A DNA stretch of 55,395 nucleotides from Prorocentrum cordatum (lineage: Eukaryota): contig CAUYUJ010000164.1 in NCBI GenBank assembly GCA_963575745.1, forward strand, positions 62,001-117,395. Direction: 5' to 3'. How positions within the stretch are numbered: the stretch's first letter is position 1; each line of letters begins with the position of its first letter. Under the pieces are notes generated by a model. The model made no database searches. It was not told the DNA's origin and saw nothing but the letters and a program-made list of their open reading frames with translations. The position numbers were made by a program, and so were the translations under genes. Below, one piece after another: positions 37,111-46,914 of the stretch.

Positions 37111-37975
37111 GGACCAGTGTAAACCCAAGAGTCATCAACGACGTTGGAGTAAACCCTCCCTCCAAGCTCCATCTTCATAGGCCCGTACAACTGTTCATTT
37201 CCATTGTTGGAACTGCCTCGTTGGAAGACACCCGCTTGAAGACCCTGAAGCAATCCCAAGCATTGTTCTCGGGGTTCCAACGCCACGGATCAACCTGATT
37301 GTTGCGTCCTGACGATCCTGAATCGTGCGAGAAAGCCGTTCCTAGGACATCAGCACAGAGAATCAACGTAACTGTTGCACCCGCATAATCCAGAATCCTT
37401 CCCAAACACAGATTTTGGTACGTTGATGATGGGAATGTGTGAAACTCTTGAAAACTTAGTAAACGAATGTGCGCGGCGCTAGGGCGATAACCACATTTTG
37501 AAAAGGAATCGCCCTCAATCCGTGAAGCTCTTGCAAATATTTAAAACGAATGTGCGCTGCGCTAAGGCGAAAGACACATGTTGAAAACGACCTGCCCTCA
37601 ATCCGCGAAGCTCTTGCAAATGTTTAAAACGAATGTGCTCCGCGCTAAGGCGATAGCCACAATTTGAAAACCACCCGCCCTCAATCCGTTACGCTCTTGC
37701 AGACTTGTACAATGAATGTGCGCGGCGCTGAGGCGAGAGCCACATCCAAAAAACGGCCCGCCCTCAATCCGCGAAGCTCTTGCAATTTTGTTAAACGAAT
37801 GTGCGCCGCGCTAAAGCGAGAGCCACAGTTTGAAAACCACCCGCCGTCCGTCTGTGAAACTCTTGCCAATGTTTGAGCTTCAGGGTCATAAGTGGTAAAA
37901 CAATATGAGGCGAAAGCCCTAGAAACTGGACGCGGTCGGGGTGCGACGCGGAGAAAATACTTATAAGGAACAGGA
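37111..37975 (-). mobile_element. Non-autonomous repeat module, copy 2 (~320 bp body plus five 83-bp monomers)
   Basis: Monomer anchor (C/T)GAATGTG at 37464, 37547, 37630, 37713, 37796; GAG tracts on both sides. Strand is inferred. Confidence 0.7.
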
Positions 37976-38289
37976 ATGGTGGATGAGGAGGAGGAAAAGG
38001 AGGAGGAGGAGGAAGAAGAGGAGGAGGAGAGGACGCAGGGAGGAGGAGAAGGGGGATAAGGAGAGGATGCAGGGAGAAGGAGAAGAAGGAGGAGGAGGAG
38101 GAGGGGAAGGAGGAGAGGAATTTTTTGACATCAACATCAAGGGAGAGAGCCTGCCCAGACAATTAGGGCAGGACGGCTGGTCAAGCCAGCAAATACTAAC
38201 ACCTGAAAAGCGAGGAAAAGCAGCGGGCCACAGGGACATCTCCAGCTGGCTGGAGGATACCCCGTGGCCCGCTGCTTCTCCCCCAGGCG

Positions 38290-41200
38290 TTAGTCCGAAC
38301 TCGAGTCGCCCTCATCACGGTGCGCGAGCACCGAGATAAACGACGCCTCTCTGGCCTCACTACGAGAAGAGGCCGGGGCACAGGGCATTCCAAGAAGGGG
38401 GGGAGGAGGAGGAGGAGAAGGAGGGCCCTGAAAAAGAAAACGAGAGGCTTCTTCGTCCGCCTCCCAGTCCTGCAACCAAGCGTGCTCGGACACAGTCGCT
38501 CCCCCCCCCGCTCCCCGCTCCACCCCGTCCCCACGGTCCTCGGCGGCGGTGGCGGGGCGCGGAGAGCCGTGCTCCTGCGCCGCGGCGGCACCTGCATCGG
38601 CAACCTGATGGCCTCCTCCCTTCTGCGCCCAAGGCCCTCTCTCTACCGAGACTCCTGGACGCTTTGGATGGAGGCCTTTACAAATCGGGTGCCAACTGTT
38701 GTGCTTCTTTGATCTGGTCGGGCCGCTGCAAACATCCGCAAGGCCCGACGCACGACCATGAGACGAATAAGAATAGCACTTGGTGCAGATCACCAAAGTC
38801 GAATTGTCTGAGCAGGCCAGCGTCAAACACCTGTGTCCCCGCGCCTCCAAAACCTGCGCCTCCATCCCTCGAACAGGGGAGCACTTAGAGGAGGGAGGCG
38901 GGGGACCGTGGGTGGAAAGACGGCTGACTTTTGCACACCTCGAACACTTCCAAAAGCCCGAGACGGAACCAAGCTCGAAAATCTGGATGGGCTGCCAATC
39001 GCAAAGCACAGAAGAAACCACCTGGGGGGGGTCCTTAGGCGGCTGAATCCACACAACGTCTTGGAGGTCTAATTTGGGCCACAAAGGCATCAGCTTAGCA
39101 GACAGTGATGCCACAGCCCTAGAAAACTTAATGTCGAGATCAAGCCTGCACCTGTCCTCCTCCGACGGCTGTGGGTGCCCCAGGTACCCTTCCCCCGCAG
39201 AAGCGCTTTTAGCTCCTACATCAGCATGGTGGTTCCCAAAACGGCACATCTTGTCATGATTGTCGGTCCACTCATCCAAGGAGCGATGCGCTTTCACTTT
39301 GTTCAAAGAGCGGACCTTCCAGAAATCCGAAAGGAGGGAGAGGGAGAACCCGCTGTAGCATCGCTTAGGTGAAAGCTGGTCAATCTGAGGGCGACCGAAG
39401 TGGTCTTTGACCAGCTGAGCATCTGTATAAAAATCCGAAGGTCCTCCTGAGAAAAGTATGGCTTGACAAATCGCAGCAAACTCGCCCGCAGGGGCAGTCT
39501 GGGGGTAGCACGGGGGGACGGGGCCGTAGAGCTTTCCCAAGAGGTCCCCCTGGTCGTCCACAGCCACAAAACACCAGCCTGCCCTGCTGAGCTCGCGAAC
39601 TATATGCTTACATGCGCTACCGTCGGTGAAAATATTGTTTGTGAAAGGAAATTGGCCTACCTCCTGGGGAAGGTCCTCCCTGGCCCAGAAAGTACCAGAC
39701 GACTCGGCCGCGGGACCAGGAAAATAATCCCCAGGGTGGGCAAAAGCTCCAAAACAAGATCGAATCGAATTGGGCTCCTCCAGGGCCTTGCAAACAAGCT
39801 CGGGAGTAACGAGACTGGAACGGACCTCGACAACTTCCTGGCACCTGCAGACCCAGAGTCGGTGGTGGAGCGTGTCGGGGGCTGAGCCGCAGAGGTGGCA
39901 CGTGGGGTCTATCTGGTAACCCTTTCGCAAAGCTTTTGCACGAGTCCACACTGCGTCCGTAGCAACAGCCCGAATACACCCTTTCTCGAGCGCTGAGTAT
40001 TTTTTGCGGCGGAGCTCGAACTTCACCACGTCAAAGCACAGACGATGAGGCACATCCCATTTAGCGCCAGCTTCCCACTCGAGAACCCTGAAGACTGCCC
40101 CACGGAGATGCTGCTTGACAAGCTGGGGGGACATGAGGGTCATGGAAAGCTCGATCCCCTTGTCAGTGACGAAAGTGGCGAAGTCCCTCATCGTCCACGA
40201 GATCCTCTCCAAGGACTTGCGCATGGCGGCCACAGGACCACCTACCGCCCTCCACGAGGGGGAATCCTGAAGAAAAACACCTTCCCACGCTTGCCTCAGC
40301 TCCCTGAAAGGAATCGAGCCTTCAAAGGCCCTGACCTGAGAGCACCAAACTTCCTTGTGCCACCGCAAGATCGGGGAAACGGCCCCAACCCAAGCAGGGT
40401 CGCCTTCGAGGTGGGAAAGCACCGTCAGGGAGCGTTGGCCAGCTGAAGGCTTAATAGTCCTGGCCGCCGCACGGCGGATGAGCATCAGCTCGTAGTCTGT
40501 AACCCCTCTAACCTCGCTGCCATACAGCAAGCCAGGGAGCGGTCCTGCAGTGAAAACTCGCAAAGTTCTCCTGGAACCGAGGGTCTTACGAAGTTTAGCC
40601 ACACGGCCAGTGCGTTTGATGAAAAGACGCCTCCTAATCACCAGCTTTTTGTTACGACCCTGGGTCCGAGAACTCTTCCCCACCGTGTCGTCCACCCCAA
40701 GGTTAACAGCACTGGAAGTAATGGGACCCGTGAGCTCAACTCCCAGTTTGGCCTGAATGGCCCTGCCTAGCTTGGCCGAGGAACAAATCAGGCTGGATTT
40801 GTCAGCCGCCACCTGCGCACCAATGCCATCAACGATGGCAGCGTGGAGCTGGGGCGCGCCTTCCGTGATGGCGTCCACAACAAAATTGAAACTGCCGACA
40901 GCACTGAGGCCAGAATCGTCGATGTAGAGCGCCAGTTGAGCACCCTGCCGTAACCTAACAGAATCGAGCGACTCCACAGCGTTAACCCTGATCAGGGTCG
41001 TGGCCAACGAACACCCCGCTATGATTCCAGAAGAAGCGTACCACGGACCGTCGATGCAGCCACCCAAGGAAAGAAACCTCGTGGCCCTGTAGGCCCTAAC
41101 AGCCAACTTGGCCATAGCAATAGGGAAACCCAATCTTATACATCGACCGAGGAGTCGCTCGAGATCAATGAGCTCGTAGTATTTAAACATGTCCTGCAGG

Positions 41201-43179
41201 AGGGTAGCCGCATGTAAGTTGTGAGTGGCCCCACTCTCGCTGCGGACGCTTTGCCGCCACACAACGTCTGAGGCCCCCTGGTACTTGCCCGCCGCAAAGT
41301 AGGGGCGAGCGTGCGCCCCCTCCCAGCTCTCGGCAAGGCACCGCCGCGCTTTCCCCCAGATGCGGTAAGGACCCATGAAAATCCCGATAGGGCGGAACCC
41401 TCCAGTAGGTTTCCCCAGGAGCGCCAACACTGTGGCATCAAGCTGAAAAGGCAACATGCTGGAGATTTCCATGACCTGCAGGATCCTACACAGCGCCGTG
41501 ACCCCAGGAAGGGAAATCATACTGAAATGTTTCATGTGGAAACCGTCCACGCCCACCGCCGAATTCATCTTGTAGCTCCTCGAAATACGGACCAACTCGT
41601 TGGGGTCCAAAAGGGGGAGCTCAGGGGCAGGAGCGAAATCGGCAATAGGTCCCAACTCCAGCGGGGAGTCAAAAGCACGCCATAAATGAATAAACTTGTT
41701 GCGTTCAGCCTCGAGAAGGGACCTGGGGTCACTGACCACACAGCCGTTGGACGAGAGAGTGGAAGTAGGTTTCCAGGGCTTGGGTTCAGAAGTGACCATG
41801 TGAGCTCGCTTGGCCCCCTGATCGATGTTCTCTCTCAGCCAACTACGCCAGGAAGCTAAACTGCGGTCCCTAGCACTGGCTTCTGCCTGCGCGACCACGT
41901 CGGAGACCGAGAGATACAGATCGAGAACGTCCTGCTCGAGCTCTCCGCTCGAGTTCAAATCAGCACGGGTGATCATGGACTGCAAAGTGATAAGCAGCTC
42001 CTTATGGGCACCCAGATTCTCGACCACGAAAGGGGGAGGGTGAAAAATGTAGGACCTCAGGGCCCTCGCAAAATCACCTCCACCACTCTTGGCCTTTTGG
42101 GAATAAGACGAAATATACACCTTGCAGTCCAAGATGCGATTATACAGCCACCTGACAGAGTACAGAAAGGGGTGCCTAAGAGGTTCCTTGTCCTTCGAGA
42201 AAACAGGCTTCCACATAAGCTGAGGACCCTTGCCTCTCGCACCCCAAACCGGAAGCACCGATTGAGTGGCGTTGGCCACCTCCACTTCCGCTAGGTTGGC
42301 CCACCACTTGTAGGTGAGATTGAGCAGCCTTTGAGTTTCAGCCCCCCTCCCCGCCCTGGCAGCTACCAGAGCCGCCTCCAGCACATCGAGAACAGGGTCC
42401 CAAGATGGGGGTTCCCGAGTGGGCCCTATGGCCCTTTGGGGGGGAAGGGGGGGAGGTTTCCGAAATTCCAAAACGTTGAGTTGAGCAGGCGAAGGGAAAA
42501 GCTCCAGATCCACAGGGGAGTGGGGGGTGAGAGGGGAATTGTAGTTGACACTCACCTGCCTGATAACCTTCGCGATGCCTGCCGAGACGACAAAGAAATC
42601 AGATACTTTGAGGCCCCCCGTGCTGCGGAGCGTGTAGCCTCCGTCTGTCGGGGTGATCATCTGGCCTTTGAACTCCGAAACGAAATGCGACTTCTGAAAC
42701 TCACCTGGAGTCATGTTGAAGTCGCCTCCCGCGATGACAGGGAGATCAGAATGTGAAAGTCCAGCTCCGAGACGCGACAAGATCTCCACGTTGCGCTCAG
42801 AAAGACCTTCGACGTCGTGAAGGTAGATCGATCCGACAAGGACCTGAAAACCTCCTGGAATATCTATAACACAAGCTCCAGCACGATGAGGGGACAGTAC
42901 GAAGCCCGACGACAACGTGTGAAGCCCGAGGTACGATCTAGCCATAACAGCAACTCCTCCAGAAGACCCAGTGCCCTCCCCACGAGCGGCCGCCGCCCAA
43001 CACGACTTCCACCCATGACGAAAGAGCCATTCAGACGCCTTGGAGATGTCTTCGTCTGAGCACAAGTGATGTTCTTGAACTAACAAAACGTGTGCCGTGG
43101 TCATTGGCAGCCACTTATTCTTAAGTGACTGCCATCCTGAAACATTGCAAGTCTGCACACAGAGCCCGAAATTATCCAA
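38290..43179 (-). CDS. ORF2: AP-like endonuclease, reverse transcriptase, CCHC finger, RNase H, C-terminal Cys/His domain (1629 aa)
   Basis: APE TCNVSG, LVQEHH, GGDFN, PHSPV; RT AVGVDG, GFRPIG, LQDMFKYYE, GIIAGC, YIDD; CHLC..TLHHRLWVC; RNase H FTDGS, AGEFAA, YTDAQ, KVKAH, GNHHAD. The start codon in the track is TTG. Confidence 0.95.
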   Translation of the reverse strand: MDNFGLCVQTCNVSGWQSLKNKWLPMTTAHVLLVQEHHLCSDEDISKASEWLFRHGWKSCWAAAARGEGTGSSGGVAVMARSYLGLHTLSSGFVLSPHRAGACVIDIPGGFQVLVGSIYLHDVEGLSERNVEILSRLGAGLSHSDLPVIAGGDFNMTPGEFQKSHFVSEFKGQMITPTDGGYTLRSTGGLKVSDFFVVSAGIAKVIRQVSVNYNSPLTPHSPVDLELFPSPAQLNVLEFRKPPPLPPQRAIGPTREPPSWDPVLDVLEAALVAARAGRGAETQRLLNLTYKWWANLAEVEVANATQSVLPVWGARGKGPQLMWKPVFSKDKEPLRHPFLYSVRWLYNRILDCKVYISSYSQKAKSGGGDFARALRSYIFHPPPFVVENLGAHKELLITLQSMITRADLNSSGELEQDVLDLYLSVSDVVAQAEASARDRSLASWRSWLRENIDQGAKRAHMVTSEPKPWKPTSTLSSNGCVVSDPRSLLEAERNKFIHLWRAFDSPLELGPIADFAPAPELPLLDPNELVRISRSYKMNSAVGVDGFHMKHFSMISLPGVTALCRILQVMEISSMLPFQLDATVLALLGKPTGGFRPIGIFMGPYRIWGKARRCLAESWEGAHARPYFAAGKYQGASDVVWRQSVRSESGATHNLHAATLLQDMFKYYELIDLERLLGRCIRLGFPIAMAKLAVRAYRATRFLSLGGCIDGPWYASSGIIAGCSLATTLIRVNAVESLDSVRLRQGAQLALYIDDSGLSAVGSFNFVVDAITEGAPQLHAAIVDGIGAQVAADKSSLICSSAKLGRAIQAKLGVELTGPITSSAVNLGVDDTVGKSSRTQGRNKKLVIRRRLFIKRTGRVAKLRKTLGSRRTLRVFTAGPLPGLLYGSEVRGVTDYELMLIRRAAARTIKPSAGQRSLTVLSHLEGDPAWVGAVSPILRWHKEVWCSQVRAFEGSIPFRELRQAWEGVFLQDSPSWRAVGGPVAAMRKSLERISWTMRDFATFVTDKGIELSMTLMSPQLVKQHLRGAVFRVLEWEAGAKWDVPHRLCFDVVKFELRRKKYSALEKGCIRAVATDAVWTRAKALRKGYQIDPTCHLCGSAPDTLHHRLWVCRCQEVVEVRSSLVTPELVCKALEEPNSIRSCFGAFAHPGDYFPGPAAESSGTFWAREDLPQEVGQFPFTNNIFTDGSACKHIVRELSRAGWCFVAVDDQGDLLGKLYGPVPPCYPQTAPAGEFAAICQAILFSGGPSDFYTDAQLVKDHFGRPQIDQLSPKRCYSGFSLSLLSDFWKVRSLNKVKAHRSLDEWTDNHDKMCRFGNHHADVGAKSASAGEGYLGHPQPSEEDRCRLDLDIKFSRAVASLSAKLMPLWPKLDLQDVVWIQPPKDPPQVVSSVLCDWQPIQIFELGSVSGFWKCSRCAKVSRLSTHGPPPPSSKCSPVRGMEAQVLEARGHRCLTLACSDNSTLVICTKCYSYSSHGRASGLADVCSGPTRSKKHNSWHPICKGLHPKRPGVSVERGPWAQKGGGHQVADAGAAAAQEHGSPRPATAAEDRGDGVERGAGGGATVSEHAWLQDWEADEEASRFLFQGPPSPPPPPPLLGMPCAPASSRSEAREASFISVLAHRDEGDSSSD

Positions 43180-43283
43180 ATCAGGCGGAGGATGGGGGCT
43201 GGAGAGAGCCTTCTACAAGCACTCCCGCGGCCACATCCTGACTGAGGAGGGGAGACGAGCCAGCCGACATCGGCTGAGGTGGG

Positions 43284-44348
43284 CTAGGAAGGAGTCCGAG
43301 GAGCAGGAGCCTCGGTAGGAGTGGCAGCCATCGTCCTGGCACGCTTGGCCGCTGCCTCGATAAAAGTCGAGACGCGCTGCCTCGACTCACTCGAGACTTC
43401 CTCCGACTGTGCCTGCTGCCATTCATGTAAAAAGTTCTGGAACGCTTCTGAGTCCGCAGCCTCGACCTGAGGCATTGCTTCATCAGAGTGAGTAGGTTCA
43501 CCCGTCTCCACCCCAGCCTCACCACCCGTCCCCCCACCACTGTCAGAAGCAGCAGGAGCAGCTCCACTGCCTGCGGCTTCCTTCTGGGCAACGGATTGGC
43601 AGCTGGTCTTGAGTTTGGCCCAGCCCTCACGAATTGCGGCCAGGTCGCCAGACTCCAGCACGCTGTCGAAGTTGGACAAATGCCCCTGGAGCTCCGCCTG
43701 CGGCGGGGGCGGGAGGTCGGCCACCTTGGCCGCCAGCTCCAGGTACCTGGCCTTGAGCTGCACCTGCTGGGTTGCGGTCTCCGCCCTCTTCTCCTTGAGC
43801 TCCGCGAGGCGCGACTCGGTGTCTGCGATCTGGGAGTCGAGCGAGTTGAGGGCGCGAACATTCTTGTCAAGAGCCTGCTGAGCCTCGGATGCCTGCTGCC
43901 GAAGGGGACGAGCTTCAGACTGCTGGGAACGGATGGCTGAAGCCGACGCCGCGATGGAGCTGGCCACTGCTGCACGCTCTGGGAAGTCGTCCTTGAGCTG
44001 ACCCATGAGCAGCTGAAGCTGGGCGAGGAGGGACGACGGGTCCGCAGGATGAGCCAAAGCGCCTCCACGACCGCCAGGTCCTCCCCCGACGCCGCCGCCT
44101 CCGCCACTCCCAAACCCGCCTTTGCCACGTCCACCACCTTTGGGTCCTTGACCTTTGTGAGAACCTTTTGGGCCTGGAACTGCAGGGCCACTTTGCCACA
44201 CACCCCCAGGATCGCGAGGAGCGCCAGGAGAAACGTGCGGAATGGGGGCCCAACAATTCGCACACCATTTGTACCACGGTTTGTTGCACTTCGCAGCACC
44301 ACACGAGAGACATTTCGCACCGATGATCTCATGCTGCTTTGGTCCCAT
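43284..44348 (-). CDS. ORF1: N-terminal C4 zinc finger, Gly-rich RGG-like linker, coiled coil (354 aa)
   Basis: CLSC...WCANC; GGGRGKGGFG; heptad-like LNSLDSQIADTESRLAELKEK; lies upstream of ORF2. Confidence 0.85.
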   Translation of the reverse strand: MGPKQHEIIGAKCLSCGAAKCNKPWYKWCANCWAPIPHVSPGAPRDPGGVWQSGPAVPGPKGSHKGQGPKGGGRGKGGFGSGGGGGVGGGPGGRGGALAHPADPSSLLAQLQLLMGQLKDDFPERAAVASSIAASASAIRSQQSEARPLRQQASEAQQALDKNVRALNSLDSQIADTESRLAELKEKRAETATQQVQLKARYLELAAKVADLPPPPQAELQGHLSNFDSVLESGDLAAIREGWAKLKTSCQSVAQKEAAGSGAAPAASDSGGGTGGEAGVETGEPTHSDEAMPQVEAADSEAFQNFLHEWQQAQSEEVSSESRQRVSTFIEAAAKRARTMAATPTEAPAPRTPS

Positions 44349-44443
44349 GGGAGACGCCGCGAACGATGCTACTGTCTGAACGAGCCACTTGACCCGCTAG
44401 CGCAGTGTGCCGTTCTGAAGTATACGCTAGCAAGCCCAAATCA

Positions 44444-44460
44444 CCTGGGCCAGAACGGCT
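44444..44460 (-). other. Degenerate DinoSL-like relic at the element 5' boundary
   Basis: AGCCGTTCTGGCCCAGG versus AGCCATTTTGGCTCAAG: 13/17, all four mismatches are transitions; sits at the microsatellite junction. Confidence 0.5.
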
Positions 44461-45155
44461 GGAAGGAGGAGAGGAAGGAGCGATGGGGAAGAGGGGGGGG
44501 GGAGGAGAAGGAGGAGGGAAGGAAGAGGAGAAGGAGGAGGAGGAGGAATAGGAGGAGCGGGAGGAGGAGAAGGAGGAGGAGGAGGGAGGAGAGGAAGAGG
44601 AGAAGGAGGAGGAGGAAAGGAGAAGGAAGGAAGGAGGAGAAAGATCCTCTCGAGGAGGAGGAGGAGGAAAACAGGGAGGGAGGAGGAGGAGGAGGAGAAT
44701 GAGGAGGAAGAAGGATAAGGAGGAGGAGGAGGAGGAGGAGGAGAGGGAGGAGGGAGAGGAGGAGGAGGGAGGGAGGAGGGAAGACGAGAAGGGAGGGAGA
44801 AGGAAAAGGAGGAGAGGAGAAGAGAAGGATGAGGAGGAGAAGGAGGAGGAGGAGGAGAGGAGGAGGAGGAGGAGGAGCGGAGGAGGAGGGGAGGAGGAGG
44901 GAGGGGAGGGGGAAGATGGGAGGAGGAGAGCCCGAGGAGAGGCCGGAGGAGGAGGAGAGAGGAGGAGGAGGAGGAGGGAGAGAGCGGAGGAAGAGGAGGA
45001 GGGGGAGGAGGAGAGGAAGCAGCGGGGAGGAAGGGGGAGGAGGAAGGAGGGAGAAGGAGAAGGCAGAGGAAGAGAACGAGGAGGAGGATCATGAGGATAA
45101 CAGAGACGAGGAGGAGACCAGAGAGGAAGAGGAGGAGGAGGAGGAGGAGGAGGAT
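44461..45155. repeat. ~700 bp polypurine (GAG/GGA)n tract
   Basis: Very few pyrimidines on the + strand. Confidence 0.95.
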
Positions 45156-46914
45156 TGTCAAGCTCGCTATAGGTTTATAGGGTACCTAAACCATCTCTAA
45201 GGCTTTGGCAGCTGTTGCCAAAATCTTAAACTTTATTGGATGGCAGAAGCCTGGAGCCAGAGGCTGGGGAGGGGGTAAGCCCGCGGTGTAGCCTTTTGTC
45301 TGGCCCGAGTCCACGGGTAGGGAGGGGAAAATGCCTCTGTTCTGGGTTTCGGCGGTCGTGTCCCGACTGCGGGGGTCTCTTAGGGCCAGAAGGGAAACAA
45401 CCCTAACGACCCCCCGACTGGTAGGGCAGCCCGTGTCCCATCCCCGTCCCCTTCCTCCCCCCCTTGTGCCAGGAGGGAAAGGTTGATGGGGATAGGCCGA
45501 GCTGGCCAGGCGCCTCGGCGGCGCAACTGCGAAGCAAAATTGGGGCCCTCGTGTAGCCGCACTCGGTGCGGATGCCCCGACGGAGGTCCAATCAGGAACT
45601 ACCCTAACAAGACCCCCCCCATGGACTGTGGGACTGTGGGGCAGCGCCCCTGGTCCAGACGCCTCGGCAATGGGCCCTCGTGGAACCACACTCTGCGTGG
45701 ATAGTCCCGACCGGGGCGTCTCTTAGGACCAAGGGGAACAGTCCTGACGACCCCCCTGACCATCCAGTGTTTCCTCGAGGCCCCTGTGCTGACGGCCTGA
45801 CTGTGCGGTTGAAGTGTTCTCGCGCACGATTGAAAGTAAAACGCTGTGCAGAACGACAAAACTGAGGTTTCAAGATTTTCTTCAGAAAAGACACTTCCTG
45901 AAAACATGCGTTTCGGCAGAAAACCAATGAGTCAAGGAGCCTCAGGAGGGAGGACGAGAGGAGGAGATTCCGGAAGAGAGGAAGGGGGAGGCTTCACGAA
46001 GGCCATCTTAGAATGCAAAGGCCGCGAGCCACGGCAAAGAGGGGAAACAAAAACCCACCAACGGCATCTTAGAAGGCAAAGGGCAGGGGGACCGGAAGCA
46101 CGCTGCTCGGAAAAACGTGTCGCATGTATTATTCAGCTCGGAGGAGGTGGAGGAGAGGGAAGACGAGGTTGATACCGAAAGCCAATCCCTGGTCGCCCCC
46201 CCCTTGACCGCTGTTGCGGCCAGGGGGGACCACTCGAGTCAGCCCGAGACGCCAGGTTCAACATCGAGGACTAGTCCTCCAGCTCACACGAAGGACCAAG
46301 CAGGAGGAGAAGAAGGAGGAGGTGAGGGCAGAGGAGGATGCCGAAGACCGATCCCTTGGTCGCCCCCTCATTGACCGCTCTTGCGGCCAGGGGGTTGCTC
46401 ACGGGACAAAACTCACTCCGAGAGCCAAGTCCCTGGACTCCCCTCGTTGACCACTCCTGCTGATGGCCTGTAAGGGGGCATCAACCGTTGAGCACCTCCC
46501 GATGCATGTTGACTGACGGCACCCAGTACCCCCAGAAAAAGAAAAAGAAGAAGGAGAAAGAGAAAGAGGAAGAGAAAGAGAAAAAGGGGCCACACTTTGT
46601 TGTGGCATGCTGGGGCTCTCACCAAACGGGGATGGCCACCAAACTCGCCAAGGAGTGATGATTAAAACGGCGTGTGAGTTCAAGTCTTCGCTACACAATT
46701 TTGGCCACGTTCGCAGGACAGCCTCCTTGAGGGCTGATCCATGGCCGAACGTGTATTCAGAGATGCGGGGGGGTGTTAACAATTCGCCCCCACCCCCTGG
46801 TGTAGCAAGTTCCACTCTCGCGAGCGCATGCTGGAAATGTGTGCGATGTATTTTCTCCGCTGACCTACTCATATACATCATCACCGACTCACATGTTTGA
46901 CACACTCGAAACGG

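Larger units (their letters stand above)
38121..44460 (-). mobile_element. Near-intact full-length non-LTR retrotransposon (ORF1 + APE-RT-RNase H) in a (CCT)n tract
   Basis: Two long ORFs, 3' UTR with hairpins, short A tail at ~38121-38126, purine-rich microsatellite on both flanks. Confidence 0.93.

Noticed and set aside
43181..44332. 383-aa ORF overlapping ORF1 as a separate gene
   Set aside because: Arg/Ser-rich alternative-frame composition with no motifs; expected in GC-rich coding DNA.
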